Notes: a model not told the origin generated them from the letters alone. A stretch of 64,000 nucleotides of DNA from Parcubacteria bacterium C7867-008 (GCA_001189215.1 LFCR01000002.1:10677-74676), one strand, 5' to 3'; shown: positions 29,958-40,682, counted from the first letter of the stretch. Numbers and translations are program-made.

Positions 29958-31712
29958 TTACCCTATCGAAACGAGCCGCATACGCACCGGCTGACCACGG
30001 GTATAGGTGTCTCGTTCAAGAGTACCGAGTATGGTAGCTGGCTTCCCTGTTACTAAGCGCTCATGGTCCTTACCGAGCTCTCTTCGCGCAAAGAATGTTA
30101 TTGCTTCAATCTCCGTGCAATTGAATCCGTCATCGCGTGTAACACGAACGCGAAGATGTTCTTCCCCCTTTCCGAACCATGAAACCTGCGTAACCACACA
30201 ATCCTGTAACGCAAATACTGGTTTAGGATTCTCCATACCAAAGGGTGCAAGCTTCTCCGTTCGAATGAGTAGTGTAGAAAGTTCGTCAGCTGCAGTGATG
30301 GCATGATCTGCTAGTGAGACGCTATCTGTTAGAGATATCGGGGACAGTGTTGCATATGCGGTACATAGTCGCTCTTCAAACGTAAACACTGCATCATCCT
30401 TGAGTGTGAAACCACCTGACGCTGCATGACCTCCTGCCTCTACGAATATATCTTCTGCACGTGCCATAAGTTCCACAACAGACACTCCTTTACGTCCTGC
30501 ACGACAAGAACCCTTTGCGGTCGTGGAACCTTCACGACCCCAAAGAAAGACTGGTCGCTCATATTCCTCGGCTAGTGAGTTCGCTACCAAACCAAGGAGT
30601 CCTGGACGCCAGTCCGGATCACCCATAGCAATCACGGGAGGGAGCTCACCATTATTCTCTTCCTTCTTACGTTCAAGACGTTCACGTGCTGCTCGTGTAA
30701 CTGCCGCGCCTGATGCTTTACGACTTCTGTTCACTTTCTCAAGTCCTTTTGCGAGTTCGTCGGCACGTACTTCATCAGTGGTGGTAAATAATTCAAACGC
30801 ATCACGAGGATCTCCCATGCGTGATGCTGCATTCACTCGTGGAGCAATCATAAAACCAACATCGTCTTCTGTTATAAATCGTTGATTCACGCGAGCAACA
30901 GTGCAGAGTTTTTGTAACCCAATTCGTGGAGACTTGCGCATCACCAGTAGTCCATATTTTGCGATCACACGATTCTCTCCCGTAAGCGGAACCATATCTG
31001 CAATGGTTGAGAGTCCTGCCATATCAAGAAGCCATTTCTCCCATCCAACAGGAATGGCATCACGCCCTTTGAAACCGGTAGCCAGAACAGCACATACGAG
31101 TTTCCATGCGAGACCTCCTCCACAAAAATCACGATAGATATTTGTTTCTCCTTCTTGCTTAGGATCTATCACCGCATACGCAGGAGGAAGTTCTTCGGTA
31201 CCATCTTGGTTTCGTCGTGGAAGGTGATGGTCTGTGACAATAACATCAATACCGAGAGACTGCGCGAACGCAACGTGCTCAACATCAGCGATACCACAAT
31301 CCACCGTGATGATGAGTGTCGTACCCTCATCTTTAAGTTTCTGTATTCCAATCTGATTGAGACCAAATCCTTCGAGGTGTCGATGAGGAATATAGTTAGT
31401 AAAGTTTGCACCAGCCTTCTTAAAGAAGTCGTGCATGAGTGTACCCCCAGGTATACCGTCGCAATCATAATCACTCCACACCGTAATACGTTCCTGATTA
31501 TCAATTGCCTTAGCAATACGCGTTGCTGCACGAGACATATTGAGAATATGCATTGGGTCTCCAATATGTGCATCGTAGTTAGGAGAGAGAAATGCTTCAG
31601 CAGCTTCAGGTGTCTCTATACCACGTCTAGAAAGTAGCCCGGCAGTAAAGTCGTCATAGGCGCCAAGCGCATCTCGCACCGCACCCTCTAGGGACTTATG
31701 GAAAGATGGCAT
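29958..31712 (-). CDS. recJ: single-stranded DNA exonuclease RecJ
   Basis: DYDCDG, TVDCG, TDHH, TIADMV, PRVNAASR, GGH. Confidence 0.95.
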   Translation of the reverse strand: MPSFHKSLEGAVRDALGAYDDFTAGLLSRRGIETPEAAEAFLSPNYDAHIGDPMHILNMSRAATRIAKAIDNQERITVWSDYDCDGIPGGTLMHDFFKKAGANFTNYIPHRHLEGFGLNQIGIQKLKDEGTTLIITVDCGIADVEHVAFAQSLGIDVIVTDHHLPRRNQDGTEELPPAYAVIDPKQEGETNIYRDFCGGGLAWKLVCAVLATGFKGRDAIPVGWEKWLLDMAGLSTIADMVPLTGENRVIAKYGLLVMRKSPRIGLQKLCTVARVNQRFITEDDVGFMIAPRVNAASRMGDPRDAFELFTTTDEVRADELAKGLEKVNRSRKASGAAVTRAARERLERKKEENNGELPPVIAMGDPDWRPGLLGLVANSLAEEYERPVFLWGREGSTTAKGSCRAGRKGVSVVELMARAEDIFVEAGGHAASGGFTLKDDAVFTFEERLCTAYATLSPISLTDSVSLADHAITAADELSTLLIRTEKLAPFGMENPKPVFALQDCVVTQVSWFGKGEEHLRVRVTRDDGFNCTEIEAITFFARRELGKDHERLVTGKPATILGTLERDTYTRGQPVRMRLVSIG

Positions 31713-31752
31713 CGTCTGCACAGTGTACCAAAACGCGGTATCATTCACGCAT

Positions 31753-32166
31753 ATGGAAGAAACTATTTTCATGAAAATTATTAAACGTGAGATTCCTGCG
31801 GAAATCGTCTATGAGGATGAACTCACTCTAGCGTTCCTTGATATTGCGCCAAATAACCCGGGCCACACACTTGTTGTTCCCAAGAAAGCCACACAGAACG
31901 TATTCGACGTGGACTCAGCAACGTGGGCAGCAGTGCTAGAAACAGTACGAAAGATTGCTCCAGCAGTGCGTGATGGCGCTGGTGCCACTGGCGTTAACAT
32001 CCAATCGAACCACGGCGTAGACGCAGGGCAAGAGGTGTTTCATCTACACATTCACATCATTCCTCGCTTCACGAAGAAAGAGTTTCAGTTCTGGCCAAAG
32101 ATTGAGTATGGTCCGGGCGAAGCATCAGCTGTGGCAGATAAGATTCGTGCCAACATCAGTACTTAG
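31753..32166 (+). CDS. HIT family nucleotide hydrolase
   Basis: AGQEVFHLHIHIIPR histidine triad. Confidence 0.95.
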   Translation: MEETIFMKIIKREIPAEIVYEDELTLAFLDIAPNNPGHTLVVPKKATQNVFDVDSATWAAVLETVRKIAPAVRDGAGATGVNIQSNHGVDAGQEVFHLHIHIIPRFTKKEFQFWPKIEYGPGEASAVADKIRANIST

Positions 32167-33299
32167 CCAAGTACTTCAATTCCTGGGAGAGTTCCCTTTG
32201 CAAGAAAGTCCAACATTGCTCCACCACCCGTAGAAATAAAAGAGAACCGATCACTAAGTCCCAATTTCTCTACGGCAGCAACCGTATCACCTCCTCCTAG
32301 AATTGAGTACGCATCAGATTGTGCGATTACTTTTGCGAGCTCTTCAGTAGCATCAACAAATCCTTTCTCATAGTTACCGAGCGGTCCGTTCCAGAGAATA
32401 GTCTTTGCACCCACTGCAATCTTTGCAAGTGCCGCTACCGTCTTTGGTCCATCATCAAGTATGGCTTCGTTCTTTGGTACCTCGTTAAGTCCAACGACAT
32501 GTCCACTACTACGTGTTGATCCTGGCTCGGCAGTTATCTCATCAAGGGGGAGCATGAGACGCGGATTCGTAAGGAGTGAACGTATTTCACGTTCATCTGC
32601 ATCTGCTGAAAGAAGCGAAGACCCTACCGTCTTACCACTCACGCGCATAAAATCATTTGCGAGTGCTCCACCCACAAATACACGGTCATATCTCTCTAGA
32701 AGACGAACTAGTACTGGTTCCTTTGTGGCAAACTTAGCCCCTCCAATGATCGCAAGCGAAGGAGATCCTGGTGTTAGTGCTTTTTCTAGGTGTTTTACTT
32801 CCTCTTCTACTAATAAACCTGCATAGGATGGAAGTAGTTCTGGTACCCCAACCACCGACGCGTGTTCACGATGACAGACATCAAAGGCGTCTTCTACAAA
32901 CACATCGGCAAGTTCAGCAAGTGCTACTGCAAACTTTGGATCATTCTTAGTTTCTCCTACACTTCGACGGAGGTTCTCCATCATCAACACGTCACCTGGA
33001 TTCATGGCGCGAACTGCAGCTCGTGCTTCAGGCCCCGTGGAAACCGGACAAAACGAAAGACGCGGCACAAATGCTTTCATTGCCTCACATACTGGTTCGA
33101 GCGTTTCAGTTCCTTTCTCTCCCAGATGACCAATTAGTATCACTCGTGCATGACGTGATCGAAGGTATTCAATGGTAGGAATGGCACTACGGAGGCGAAA
33201 GGTATTAGCTACCTTGCCATCTGCAATCGGTACATTTAATGCAGCACGTACCAGCACAGGAATATTAGTTAGTTCAGGGATGTCTCGGACACTTCTCAT
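32163..33299 (-). CDS. pgk: phosphoglycerate kinase
   Basis: LNVP, ENLR, HREHAS, GGAK, WNGPLG, GGGDT, STGGGA. Confidence 0.95.
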   Translation of the reverse strand: MRSVRDIPELTNIPVLVRAALNVPIADGKVANTFRLRSAIPTIEYLRSRHARVILIGHLGEKGTETLEPVCEAMKAFVPRLSFCPVSTGPEARAAVRAMNPGDVLMMENLRRSVGETKNDPKFAVALAELADVFVEDAFDVCHREHASVVGVPELLPSYAGLLVEEEVKHLEKALTPGSPSLAIIGGAKFATKEPVLVRLLERYDRVFVGGALANDFMRVSGKTVGSSLLSADADEREIRSLLTNPRLMLPLDEITAEPGSTRSSGHVVGLNEVPKNEAILDDGPKTVAALAKIAVGAKTILWNGPLGNYEKGFVDATEELAKVIAQSDAYSILGGGDTVAAVEKLGLSDRFSFISTGGGAMLDFLAKGTLPGIEVLG

Positions 33300-33343
33300 A
33301 TGTATGCATGATACCCCACGACGGTACGCTATACTTTCCTTAT

Positions 33344-33550
33344 ATGGATCCTGTACTTGAAGCACGACTTACCACTCTTGAACAAAAGATTGATGCGGTG
33401 TATGTGTCTACAGAAAAGACTCGGAAGTATTTCATGTGGACCATGATTATCTCCATTGTGTTGTTTGTTCTTCCTCTTATTGGCGCAGCGTTGCTAGTTC
33501 CAACTTTCCTCAGCAGTTACACCAGCAGCATTGACGCACTTACACTCTAG
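33344..33550 (+). CDS. small membrane protein
   Basis: Short coiled coil then hydrophobic helix. Confidence 0.7.
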   Translation: MDPVLEARLTTLEQKIDAVYVSTEKTRKYFMWTMIISIVLFVLPLIGAALLVPTFLSSYTSSIDALTL

Positions 33551-34264
33551 TTATTTCTTCAATTGTTTCGAGACATCTTCGAACCATAGTTCGTATCCTT
33601 CAGAAGAAGGGTGGAGCCCATCTGCTGCTAGGTATATTTTTGGGCTGGCACTAATAGTTTTTGTTGTTGGTAAAATACCAAAGTTTATATATTCACCAAT
33701 TCCAGCACGCGCTACTGCAGCAATAAACTCTCTGTGATGTTCATTATTCAAGTACGTGTGTATCCATCTGACCGGGGGAGGAAATAGCGTTGCACCACCC
33801 ACATCACCTGCTGAAATAATAATGACCTGTTCTGCTTGGGGAAGCTGCCTCAATGCAGCTTCAAGTTGTATCCCAGACTTCTTAGGATCATGGAATTGAA
33901 TGATGTCGTTCCCACCAATCTGAATAAGAATCAAATCGTAATGAGTCAGCTGTGCCTGCGCAATCTGTCCCGGAAGATCTGCGGTCAGTGCACCAGATTT
34001 TGCATTATTCTCTACATACGTCATGTCCGCATACGTACTGAGACGACCAGCGAGTGATTCCTCTGGGTGTGTAGCACCAACACCTACGGCCGTACTGTCA
34101 CCAAGAATAAGAAACGTTTTTGTGTGATCCTCTGAACGCAACTGGAATGATACTGCGTTATGAATAAGTTTCTTTGAAACTTGCACGGTCATATAAAAGT
34201 GCACTGCCCACGCAGCAACACTAATAACAATAAGTACCAGGAGTACAAGTAGGATGAGTTTCAT
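33551..34264 (-). CDS. SGNH/GDSL hydrolase
   Basis: LGDSTA, GGND, DGLHP. Confidence 0.92.
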   Translation of the reverse strand: MKLILLVLLVLIVISVAAWAVHFYMTVQVSKKLIHNAVSFQLRSEDHTKTFLILGDSTAVGVGATHPEESLAGRLSTYADMTYVENNAKSGALTADLPGQIAQAQLTHYDLILIQIGGNDIIQFHDPKKSGIQLEAALRQLPQAEQVIIISAGDVGGATLFPPPVRWIHTYLNNEHHREFIAAVARAGIGEYINFGILPTTKTISASPKIYLAADGLHPSSEGYELWFEDVSKQLKK

Positions 34265-34268
34265 CCGC

Positions 34269-35003
34269 CTATGATACCGCTTTTATGAGTGAGGTTAAAT
34301 TCTGAACGTCAGTACTTGCTCTCCCTACTAGAAACCCGTCTATACCACTTCCTGCAGCAAGAGAACGTGCATTTCCTGCTTCAACAGAACCACCGTATAG
34401 CACTTGATTAACGGATGGATATTCACCAAGTACTTTTCGTATATACAGAATCATCTCACTAAGATCTTCTGGTGTGATCACACCTGTTGCTTGTGGACCA
34501 ATTGCCCATACTGGCTCATACGCAATGATGACTTGAGTTCGTTCTTTAGCAGAAAGTGCACTGAAGACAGCCGTGATTTGCGCTCGTATGAATTGGAGAT
34601 ATTGAGCATCTGCATCTCGTTCATGCTCCCCTACGCAGAGTATAGGGGTCATACCGTGTGCGAGTACGTGCTGGGTCTTTGAACGAACCACATCGTCATT
34701 CTCACCACGAGCGCGACGCTCTGAATGTCCAACAATCACGTACCGCGCACCGAGTGCCTGTGCAGCTGCAGCAGTAATCTCACCCGTTGCAGCACCTCCG
34801 GTAGAGTCTGAAATATCCTGTAGTGCAAAAGCAACTTTTGATCGATTACCGGGAGCGAGCAATCCAAGATACGGAGCAGATGGGGCTAGTACGATACGAA
34901 TACCCTTACGTCCTGCAACACGCTTTGCTGCAGCAAATAGTGCCTTTGCTTTTTGAGGAGATTCAATATACGCCTTCCAGTTACCTACGAATAGCATACG
35001 CAT
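34269..35003 (-). CDS. tpiA: triosephosphate isomerase
   Basis: GNWK, GHSERR, AYEPVWAIG, LYGGSV. Confidence 0.96.
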   Translation of the reverse strand: MRMLFVGNWKAYIESPQKAKALFAAAKRVAGRKGIRIVLAPSAPYLGLLAPGNRSKVAFALQDISDSTGGAATGEITAAAAQALGARYVIVGHSERRARGENDDVVRSKTQHVLAHGMTPILCVGEHERDADAQYLQFIRAQITAVFSALSAKERTQVIIAYEPVWAIGPQATGVITPEDLSEMILYIRKVLGEYPSVNQVLYGGSVEAGNARSLAAGSGIDGFLVGRASTDVQNLTSLIKAVS

Positions 35004-35021
35004 AATCGTAGCATGCGACCT

Positions 35022-36488
35022 CTATTCCTCGTGCCAGTCGACAAACTTATAAATACTAGAGGTTATTGGCGTAAATGGAGGAGGGTTAGTAGACAGGGCA
35101 CGATCAAAGGCATCAATACGTGAGGCGTAGCCAGATAGTCTTGTACCACTACAGCCAAATCCTGAATAAGACCACAGGGTGTCGCTGCGTTTATTAGCAA
35201 CCGTGGTGCCATGAATGGAGAGCGCTCCACGAATATCATTCGGTGCATTACTGCATGGATACAAGTTTCTTCCAAACGAACCGGATTGTGCAATGAAGAC
35301 ACCAGTGAGAGTCATGTTAAAGGGAGAGTTTGGCGGGATGAGAACGTCATTGGAAGCAATGGCGGTAAGTCCTGACGTACCACTTGGATTACTGTAGGTT
35401 ATGTTGTTTGGAAGATAGATGTTTGGATTAACACCTGGTGTGGTTACATTTGCGGCAATCACCGTTACAGAAGTTGGGATCGCTCCCTCGATCCAGGTAT
35501 TATCTTCAACAAAGATAAGACCGCAGTCGGTAGAAAGTGTATAGGTATTTACCAATGTTTCAGTGGCAATACGTGAGTAGTCTGCCTGGAGTGAGGTAAC
35601 ACTTGGATTACTGATTGGTATAGAGGGTGTGTTGGTTTCGTTTGTCACACGATATACCGTTACTGTTCCTCCACTGTTGAACACGAGGTGGTACCCCTTC
35701 CCTGCATTAACACCGGTAGTACCTGTACTGGTGCGCGGGAAATATAATGCACCCCCTCCAGCAAGTGCGAGTGTCTTGAGACTGGTGAAGTCTGCAGCAA
35801 TTGCGGCAAAGTCTACTTGCGGTGTTGGGTAACTCCAATACTCAGGGTGTGGGCCCGTTCCGAACACACCCGGTTTGACTACTGATGGCGAACACCCAAA
35901 ACTTGCAGTACAACTCCACGTTGAAAGTGAACTACTGACGGATGAGTTTGCTACTCCATCGAGACGCACACCTCCGTTGGTGTGATACGGACCATTAATG
36001 ATGCGCTCATCGCTTGCCCAGTCACTACTGTTGAGAACATATGAATACTCAGCGACTGTTGGCTGTGCATATTTTGCATATACCGTACGTGACACATTTG
36101 AACCATCATTGGGTGAACCTGTTGAGGTTATATCGATAGACCTAATCTGACCACATGACATATGCCCTGCAATACCAAGTGTTATGGTGCCAGTCGTACC
36201 ACCTTCTGGATCAGTGAATGGAAGACTATACGGTCCTGGTGCACCAGTACCGTTCTGAAGATCTGTTGGGAAGTGCGCAAGATGCCATCGGTAATACTCG
36301 AGACCCGCTTCTGCCATAGCGAGCGCTTTACTGCGACCCGTACTTGCAGACTGTGCGTGATTCTCAGTCAGTACAAAGCTTGAGAGTGAACCTAGCACCG
36401 TAAGGAAAATTGAACCGAAGACGAGTGCAAGCAGCATGAGGTACCCTCCACGAGGATGTCCATGAAGATAAGATGTGGTTCGTTTCAT
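35022..36488 (-). CDS. PilX-like minor pilin
   Basis: RGG-YLMLLALVF prepilin-like N-terminus lacking Glu5; AMAEAGLE. Confidence 0.8.
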   Translation of the reverse strand: MKRTTSYLHGHPRGGYLMLLALVFGSIFLTVLGSLSSFVLTENHAQSASTGRSKALAMAEAGLEYYRWHLAHFPTDLQNGTGAPGPYSLPFTDPEGGTTGTITLGIAGHMSCGQIRSIDITSTGSPNDGSNVSRTVYAKYAQPTVAEYSYVLNSSDWASDERIINGPYHTNGGVRLDGVANSSVSSSLSTWSCTASFGCSPSVVKPGVFGTGPHPEYWSYPTPQVDFAAIAADFTSLKTLALAGGGALYFPRTSTGTTGVNAGKGYHLVFNSGGTVTVYRVTNETNTPSIPISNPSVTSLQADYSRIATETLVNTYTLSTDCGLIFVEDNTWIEGAIPTSVTVIAANVTTPGVNPNIYLPNNITYSNPSGTSGLTAIASNDVLIPPNSPFNMTLTGVFIAQSGSFGRNLYPCSNAPNDIRGALSIHGTTVANKRSDTLWSYSGFGCSGTRLSGYASRIDAFDRALSTNPPPFTPITSSIYKFVDWHEE

Positions 36489-36489
36489 A

Positions 36490-37092
36490 CTAGTTGCGAA
36501 GATTACGAAGCGTTACTGTTTCCGAAAGATTGAATGTATTCGGTGCACGATTCGGGTTGAGATCGATCCATATAGATATTGTAACCGCTGATACCGCTGC
36601 AACATTGGTCGAAGTAGCGGAAAGCGGCACACCAGAATCATCATAGTACGTAAAGATTGGACTGGACGTTGCATTACGTACGTACACAGCAACTGTCGTC
36701 GTTGCTTCAGGGCGTCCTGCATAGGAAGGCGGCGTACCCGCAGAATCCGTCACTCCACGGTACAGCGTTCCATTTGAAAGATAGTAGCGGACCTTTTCAA
36801 CCGAATTGTCATTATCAAGATCACTGAAGAATGTCAGAGACGACGTTGCTGCAGCACTAATTGGATACGTCCCATCATTACCGTATGATGCCTCACGAAT
36901 TGAATGGATGGCGTCCAGCACAGAGCGACGTGCATTATCAAGCGCAGCAGTCTGCTCAAGTAGAAATGCATTCTTCTGGTAGAAGAATTGCATCATGCCA
37001 CTGAGTGCGACACCAATACTAGTAAGCAGTGCAAGCACCACCATGGTCTCTACCAGTGAAAGACCTTTAGAATTTTTAGATCGAGTCTGCAT
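36490..37092 (-). CDS. PilW-like minor pilin
   Basis: KG-LSLVETMVV; C-terminal VTLRN. Confidence 0.85.
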   Translation of the reverse strand: MQTRSKNSKGLSLVETMVVLALLTSIGVALSGMMQFFYQKNAFLLEQTAALDNARRSVLDAIHSIREASYGNDGTYPISAAATSSLTFFSDLDNDNSVEKVRYYLSNGTLYRGVTDSAGTPPSYAGRPEATTTVAVYVRNATSSPIFTYYDDSGVPLSATSTNVAAVSAVTISIWIDLNPNRAPNTFNLSETVTLRNLRN

Positions 37093-38791
37093 AGAAAGTA
37101 TGGCCCAGGATATTTACTCCTGATGTATTGGTAGAGCTATATCCCGGCTTGCTGCTTTGAATAGTGTACGCAGACGATGCAGTGATAGAACCGAAGTATG
37201 CTCCACCGCACGCACTCGTTGTAACGGTCTCCGTAAATCCGGGGCGTGAGAGTATTACCGTTGCTCCTGATACGGCAGCTCCCGCTGAATCACGCACAGA
37301 TACAAGCAATGAGTTGGTGCTTGCAGGACCAAGATACAATGCTGTCTCACTCGTGGTATTTGGTGAAATAGTATAGGGTGGCGCGTTACAAGCATCGATA
37401 GTGTCGTACCCAGACACACCAAGCTGGTATGCATCCCACTCAAGTGACAGAGTATTACTACCACCTGAACCAGTAGTGGTGGCGATCGTTGTTTTATATA
37501 TGGAGACTCCTGTTCCTGTTGAGCCAATCGTCTTTCCCCCAAAGAGCATGAAGTCTACATTTGGTACAGGAACTGGCCCTCGCTGATAAGCAATACCCCA
37601 GTCTTGCAACTCTGGTGTTGCAAGTACATCGGTAGTTGTTAGATCAACTATCAGTGAAAGTGACGGATATGTTGTGGTTGAAACTACGGAGAGATCAACG
37701 GGCGCAGTAAATCCAACCGCATTACCCGGAAGTACTGCATCAGGAAGAATCGTTCCCGTGCCATCTGCAACATGCACCACTGCCGACGTTCCTGCAGGCA
37801 GAACAGTGGTGGAACTCGCTGAAGACCATGCGTACAAATACGGAGGACTGAGTGGTGTCATGAGCACACTGCCACTTGGGCTGTACCCTGGACCACTAGT
37901 GCTTAGGACCACAGAACCTCCAGATAGTACTGTATTGGTGAAAGTAGTAATGCCTGCAGCTACCGAGAACGTATCAGCATATGAACTTGTTGCGACTGGC
38001 GTATATGTGCGGACCGTGAGATGAGAAAGTATATCGATAGCAAATGTACTGGTCGTGGTCATATCCTTTGTAACCGTGAGATATCCTGGTGTTGGATTCT
38101 GGTTGGTCGCGTCACGCAAATAGGTTTGCGCTGAAGAATAGCCAGATTTAGAAACATACACCTGATACTGCGTAGAAGTGGCAGCACCCGGAAGATACAC
38201 AATACCGTCCACATCTGAGAATGTGGTCAGATCCACTGTTGGAGAAGTGCTTGCGTTAACGATGCGTACCGAAGCGCCAGACAGAGGTGCACTTATGGCG
38301 TTCACTATAACAAGTCTGAGCGTACCTCCACCGGTACTAGTCTCCATACCCAGAGGACTGTAGTTAGAAATCATATCAACCGTGCGACTCCTTCCTCCTG
38401 CGATATAGGTAACCGTTACCTTGATACGTTTATAGTCTGTGATGATGCCATTAGTATCAGCACCAGCAAGACCATCTCCAGGATCATCTTCATACGCAAT
38501 GAATGTGCGAACACCATATGCAGTTCCATTACTCGTTGTTGTGGAGTATTGCGGTACGGTACCTGCAGGAATACCGCCAACCGTTCCAACCGAGCTGTAG
38601 CTTAGTGAACGCACATATTCAATCTGACTATCTGCAACTGCCGTTGCAATAGCTTTTGCTTTCGTTAGTTGTGCCACTGAAACAGATGCACGAAGTAAGC
38701 CGAAGAGCGCAAGAAATATAATGAGCACGAGTGCCGTACCGACAATCACGTCGACGAATGACATTCCGCGCATCGGACGGTTCATATGCAC
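37076..38791 (-). CDS. PilV-like minor pilin with carboxypeptidase-regulatory-like beta domains
   Basis: RG-MSFVDVIV; QIEYVRSLSY; PLSGASV..SKSGY and VSGATV..SKPGY repeats. Confidence 0.8.
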   Translation of the reverse strand: MHMNRPMRGMSFVDVIVGTALVLIIFLALFGLLRASVSVAQLTKAKAIATAVADSQIEYVRSLSYSSVGTVGGIPAGTVPQYSTTTSNGTAYGVRTFIAYEDDPGDGLAGADTNGIITDYKRIKVTVTYIAGGRSRTVDMISNYSPLGMETSTGGGTLRLVIVNAISAPLSGASVRIVNASTSPTVDLTTFSDVDGIVYLPGAATSTQYQVYVSKSGYSSAQTYLRDATNQNPTPGYLTVTKDMTTTSTFAIDILSHLTVRTYTPVATSSYADTFSVAAGITTFTNTVLSGGSVVLSTSGPGYSPSGSVLMTPLSPPYLYAWSSASSTTVLPAGTSAVVHVADGTGTILPDAVLPGNAVGFTAPVDLSVVSTTTYPSLSLIVDLTTTDVLATPELQDWGIAYQRGPVPVPNVDFMLFGGKTIGSTGTGVSIYKTTIATTTGSGGSNTLSLEWDAYQLGVSGYDTIDACNAPPYTISPNTTSETALYLGPASTNSLLVSVRDSAGAAVSGATVILSRPGFTETVTTSACGGAYFGSITASSAYTIQSSKPGYSSTNTSGVNILGHTFYADSI

Positions 38792-38816
38792 CTATGATAC
38801 CGCGCCGACGCTTGAA

Positions 38817-39437
38817 TTACGTAAGTTCAAAACGGAACATCCGTTCAAGAACATCAATACTTCCTGGAATAAGATTGAAGAGCATGGGGAAGACGTAGAA
38901 GAAGATGCTTCCACCAATAAAGAATGGCGCACACAATATACCGAGAATATAAGAAACGGGAGTAAGTGTCATACGGATATGCGCCTGCTTCAAGAACCGT
39001 GATGAAAGTTCATGATGTAGCTCAGGACGCTTTAGCACATGTAGGAACATAGCTTTCGCTAACAGACTCACTATTAAGATAGTGAAGCCGTAAATGATTG
39101 CAGCTACAGAACTGTATGGGTGTTCACCAACCATATGCGCAACAAATGGAATGAAGACTACAAACAACAGGTAGAGGAGATTGAGAAGATTCAGTCCACG
39201 ATCAACTTTCTTTGTAAGGGTGTGAAATAGATAGTTGTGGTTGATCCAGAACACACTGATAACCAGGAAGCTCAGTGCAAAGCTGGCAAACAACGGCCAC
39301 AACTCAGCCAATTGCATGAGTAGCTCTTGATTGCTTATTTCACCAGCAAATTCCGGTAGCTTTATATCAATAACAAGTATGGTGAGAACGATTGCAAAGA
39401 CGCCGTCACTCAGAAATTCAACGCGTGTTTTATCCAT
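38817..39437 (-). CDS. TMEM175 family potassium channel
   Basis: RVEFLSDGVFAIVLTILV; FWINH. Confidence 0.9.
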   Translation of the reverse strand: MDKTRVEFLSDGVFAIVLTILVIDIKLPEFAGEISNQELLMQLAELWPLFASFALSFLVISVFWINHNYLFHTLTKKVDRGLNLLNLLYLLFVVFIPFVAHMVGEHPYSSVAAIIYGFTILIVSLLAKAMFLHVLKRPELHHELSSRFLKQAHIRMTLTPVSYILGILCAPFFIGGSIFFYVFPMLFNLIPGSIDVLERMFRFELT

Positions 39438-39498
39438 ACCGGAAGCATAGCAGATAGAGTTCATGGCTTATACTTGCCCTATCAATAACTATATTTGT

Positions 39499-39849
39499 AT
39501 GTTCAAAGGACTTCGCTCAGTAATATATCCGTCCACAGACTTAGAGGCAGACAAGAAATTCTGGGAAGAGGTTACGGGAATAAAACCTTATTTTGATCAA
39601 CCGTATTACGTTGGTTTCGATATTAATGGATCAGAATTAGGTCTTGATCCAAACGCCTCAAAAGAAGGTCTAACCTACCCTGTTACGTATTGGCGCGTAG
39701 TAGATACGAAAGTCGCATCAGAAAAGATCCTAGCGAGCGGTGCATCTATTAACTCAGAAGCTAAAGATGTTGGTGGTGGCATGATGATGGCTACCTTTAA
39801 AGATAAGGCAGGCAATATATTCGGTATCATCGAACACGGTTCAGAATAA
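39499..39849 (+). CDS. VOC/glyoxalase family protein
   Basis: YYVGFDINGSELGLDP, DVGGG, DKAGNIFGII. Confidence 0.88.
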   Translation: MFKGLRSVIYPSTDLEADKKFWEEVTGIKPYFDQPYYVGFDINGSELGLDPNASKEGLTYPVTYWRVVDTKVASEKILASGASINSEAKDVGGGMMMATFKDKAGNIFGIIEHGSE

Positions 39850-39853
39850 AAAA

Positions 39854-40597
39854 TCAGGCCACCCGTCGGGGTGGCCTGCGCACAGAGGGAGAGGACAGAG
39901 CCCTCGTCACCTTTGGCGGAATGAACATGACGTGGAACACTTTTTGCCTATGTTCCTCCGTTGCTTCGACGACGTTCTGTCGTTCGAGCTGTTTGAATTT
40001 CGTTCGCAGCCACCGAAGCTCACGCTCCGAGAGGCCGATCTTAGCGATGTCGACCGTTGCGCCGGTCGGGTGCGAAGATCGACGCGGCCCTGTTTTGGAC
40101 ACTGCCGCATTTCCGTTCTTCCTCCCCAGCTGCTGCTGTCGCTCCGTGGAGCGGACGGCAGAGTTGATCTGCAGAGGGTGGTGGAACGTCGAGTAGAAGT
40201 CGCCACTCAGGTTCAGTAACGCAGTGTTCACGTAAGGGCGGACGTAACGATACTTTTTCTTGAGTCGATGATCCACCCTGAGCGCCCGATTCGTTGAAAT
40301 CGGGACCAACGCACCGCTCTTCTTGAGCGCGGCGAGCTGTCGTTCATTCAGTCGAGAGAAGTCGGCCAGATCCGCGACGCGGTTCTGCTTCCGGAGCGCT
40401 GCAGCCGATCCCTTGAGAGGGTCAACACGGCGTGGTGGACACTTCACCGCCTTATGGCCCTTGCGCGCCTTGGAAGGAACGCATTTGGCTGCGAGGGTCT
40501 TGTGCCCTTTGCCGTGATTAGCGGACTGAGCTTGCTTGGCTGCGACAGGAGCTGCCGCAAGCATCAGGCTCAGAGCGAGTGCGAGGACAACTTTCAA
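39854..40597 (-). CDS. secreted DUF5715-like / peptidase M15-fold protein
   Basis: GGAG SD plus TTG start; signal peptide; SAVRS..QQ, SSHPTGATVD, FHV. Confidence 0.75.
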   Translation of the reverse strand: MKVVLALALSLMLAAAPVAAKQAQSANHGKGHKTLAAKCVPSKARKGHKAVKCPPRRVDPLKGSAAALRKQNRVADLADFSRLNERQLAALKKSGALVPISTNRALRVDHRLKKKYRYVRPYVNTALLNLSGDFYSTFHHPLQINSAVRSTERQQQLGRKNGNAAVSKTGPRRSSHPTGATVDIAKIGLSERELRWLRTKFKQLERQNVVEATEEHRQKVFHVMFIPPKVTRALSSPSVRRPPRRVA

Positions 40598-40682
40598 ATT
40601 CGTCTCCAGTTTTGTGCCTATACGGAGTGTATAGACTACATCCAATATCTATTATCATACATAATAGGATAATGTCAAGTAC

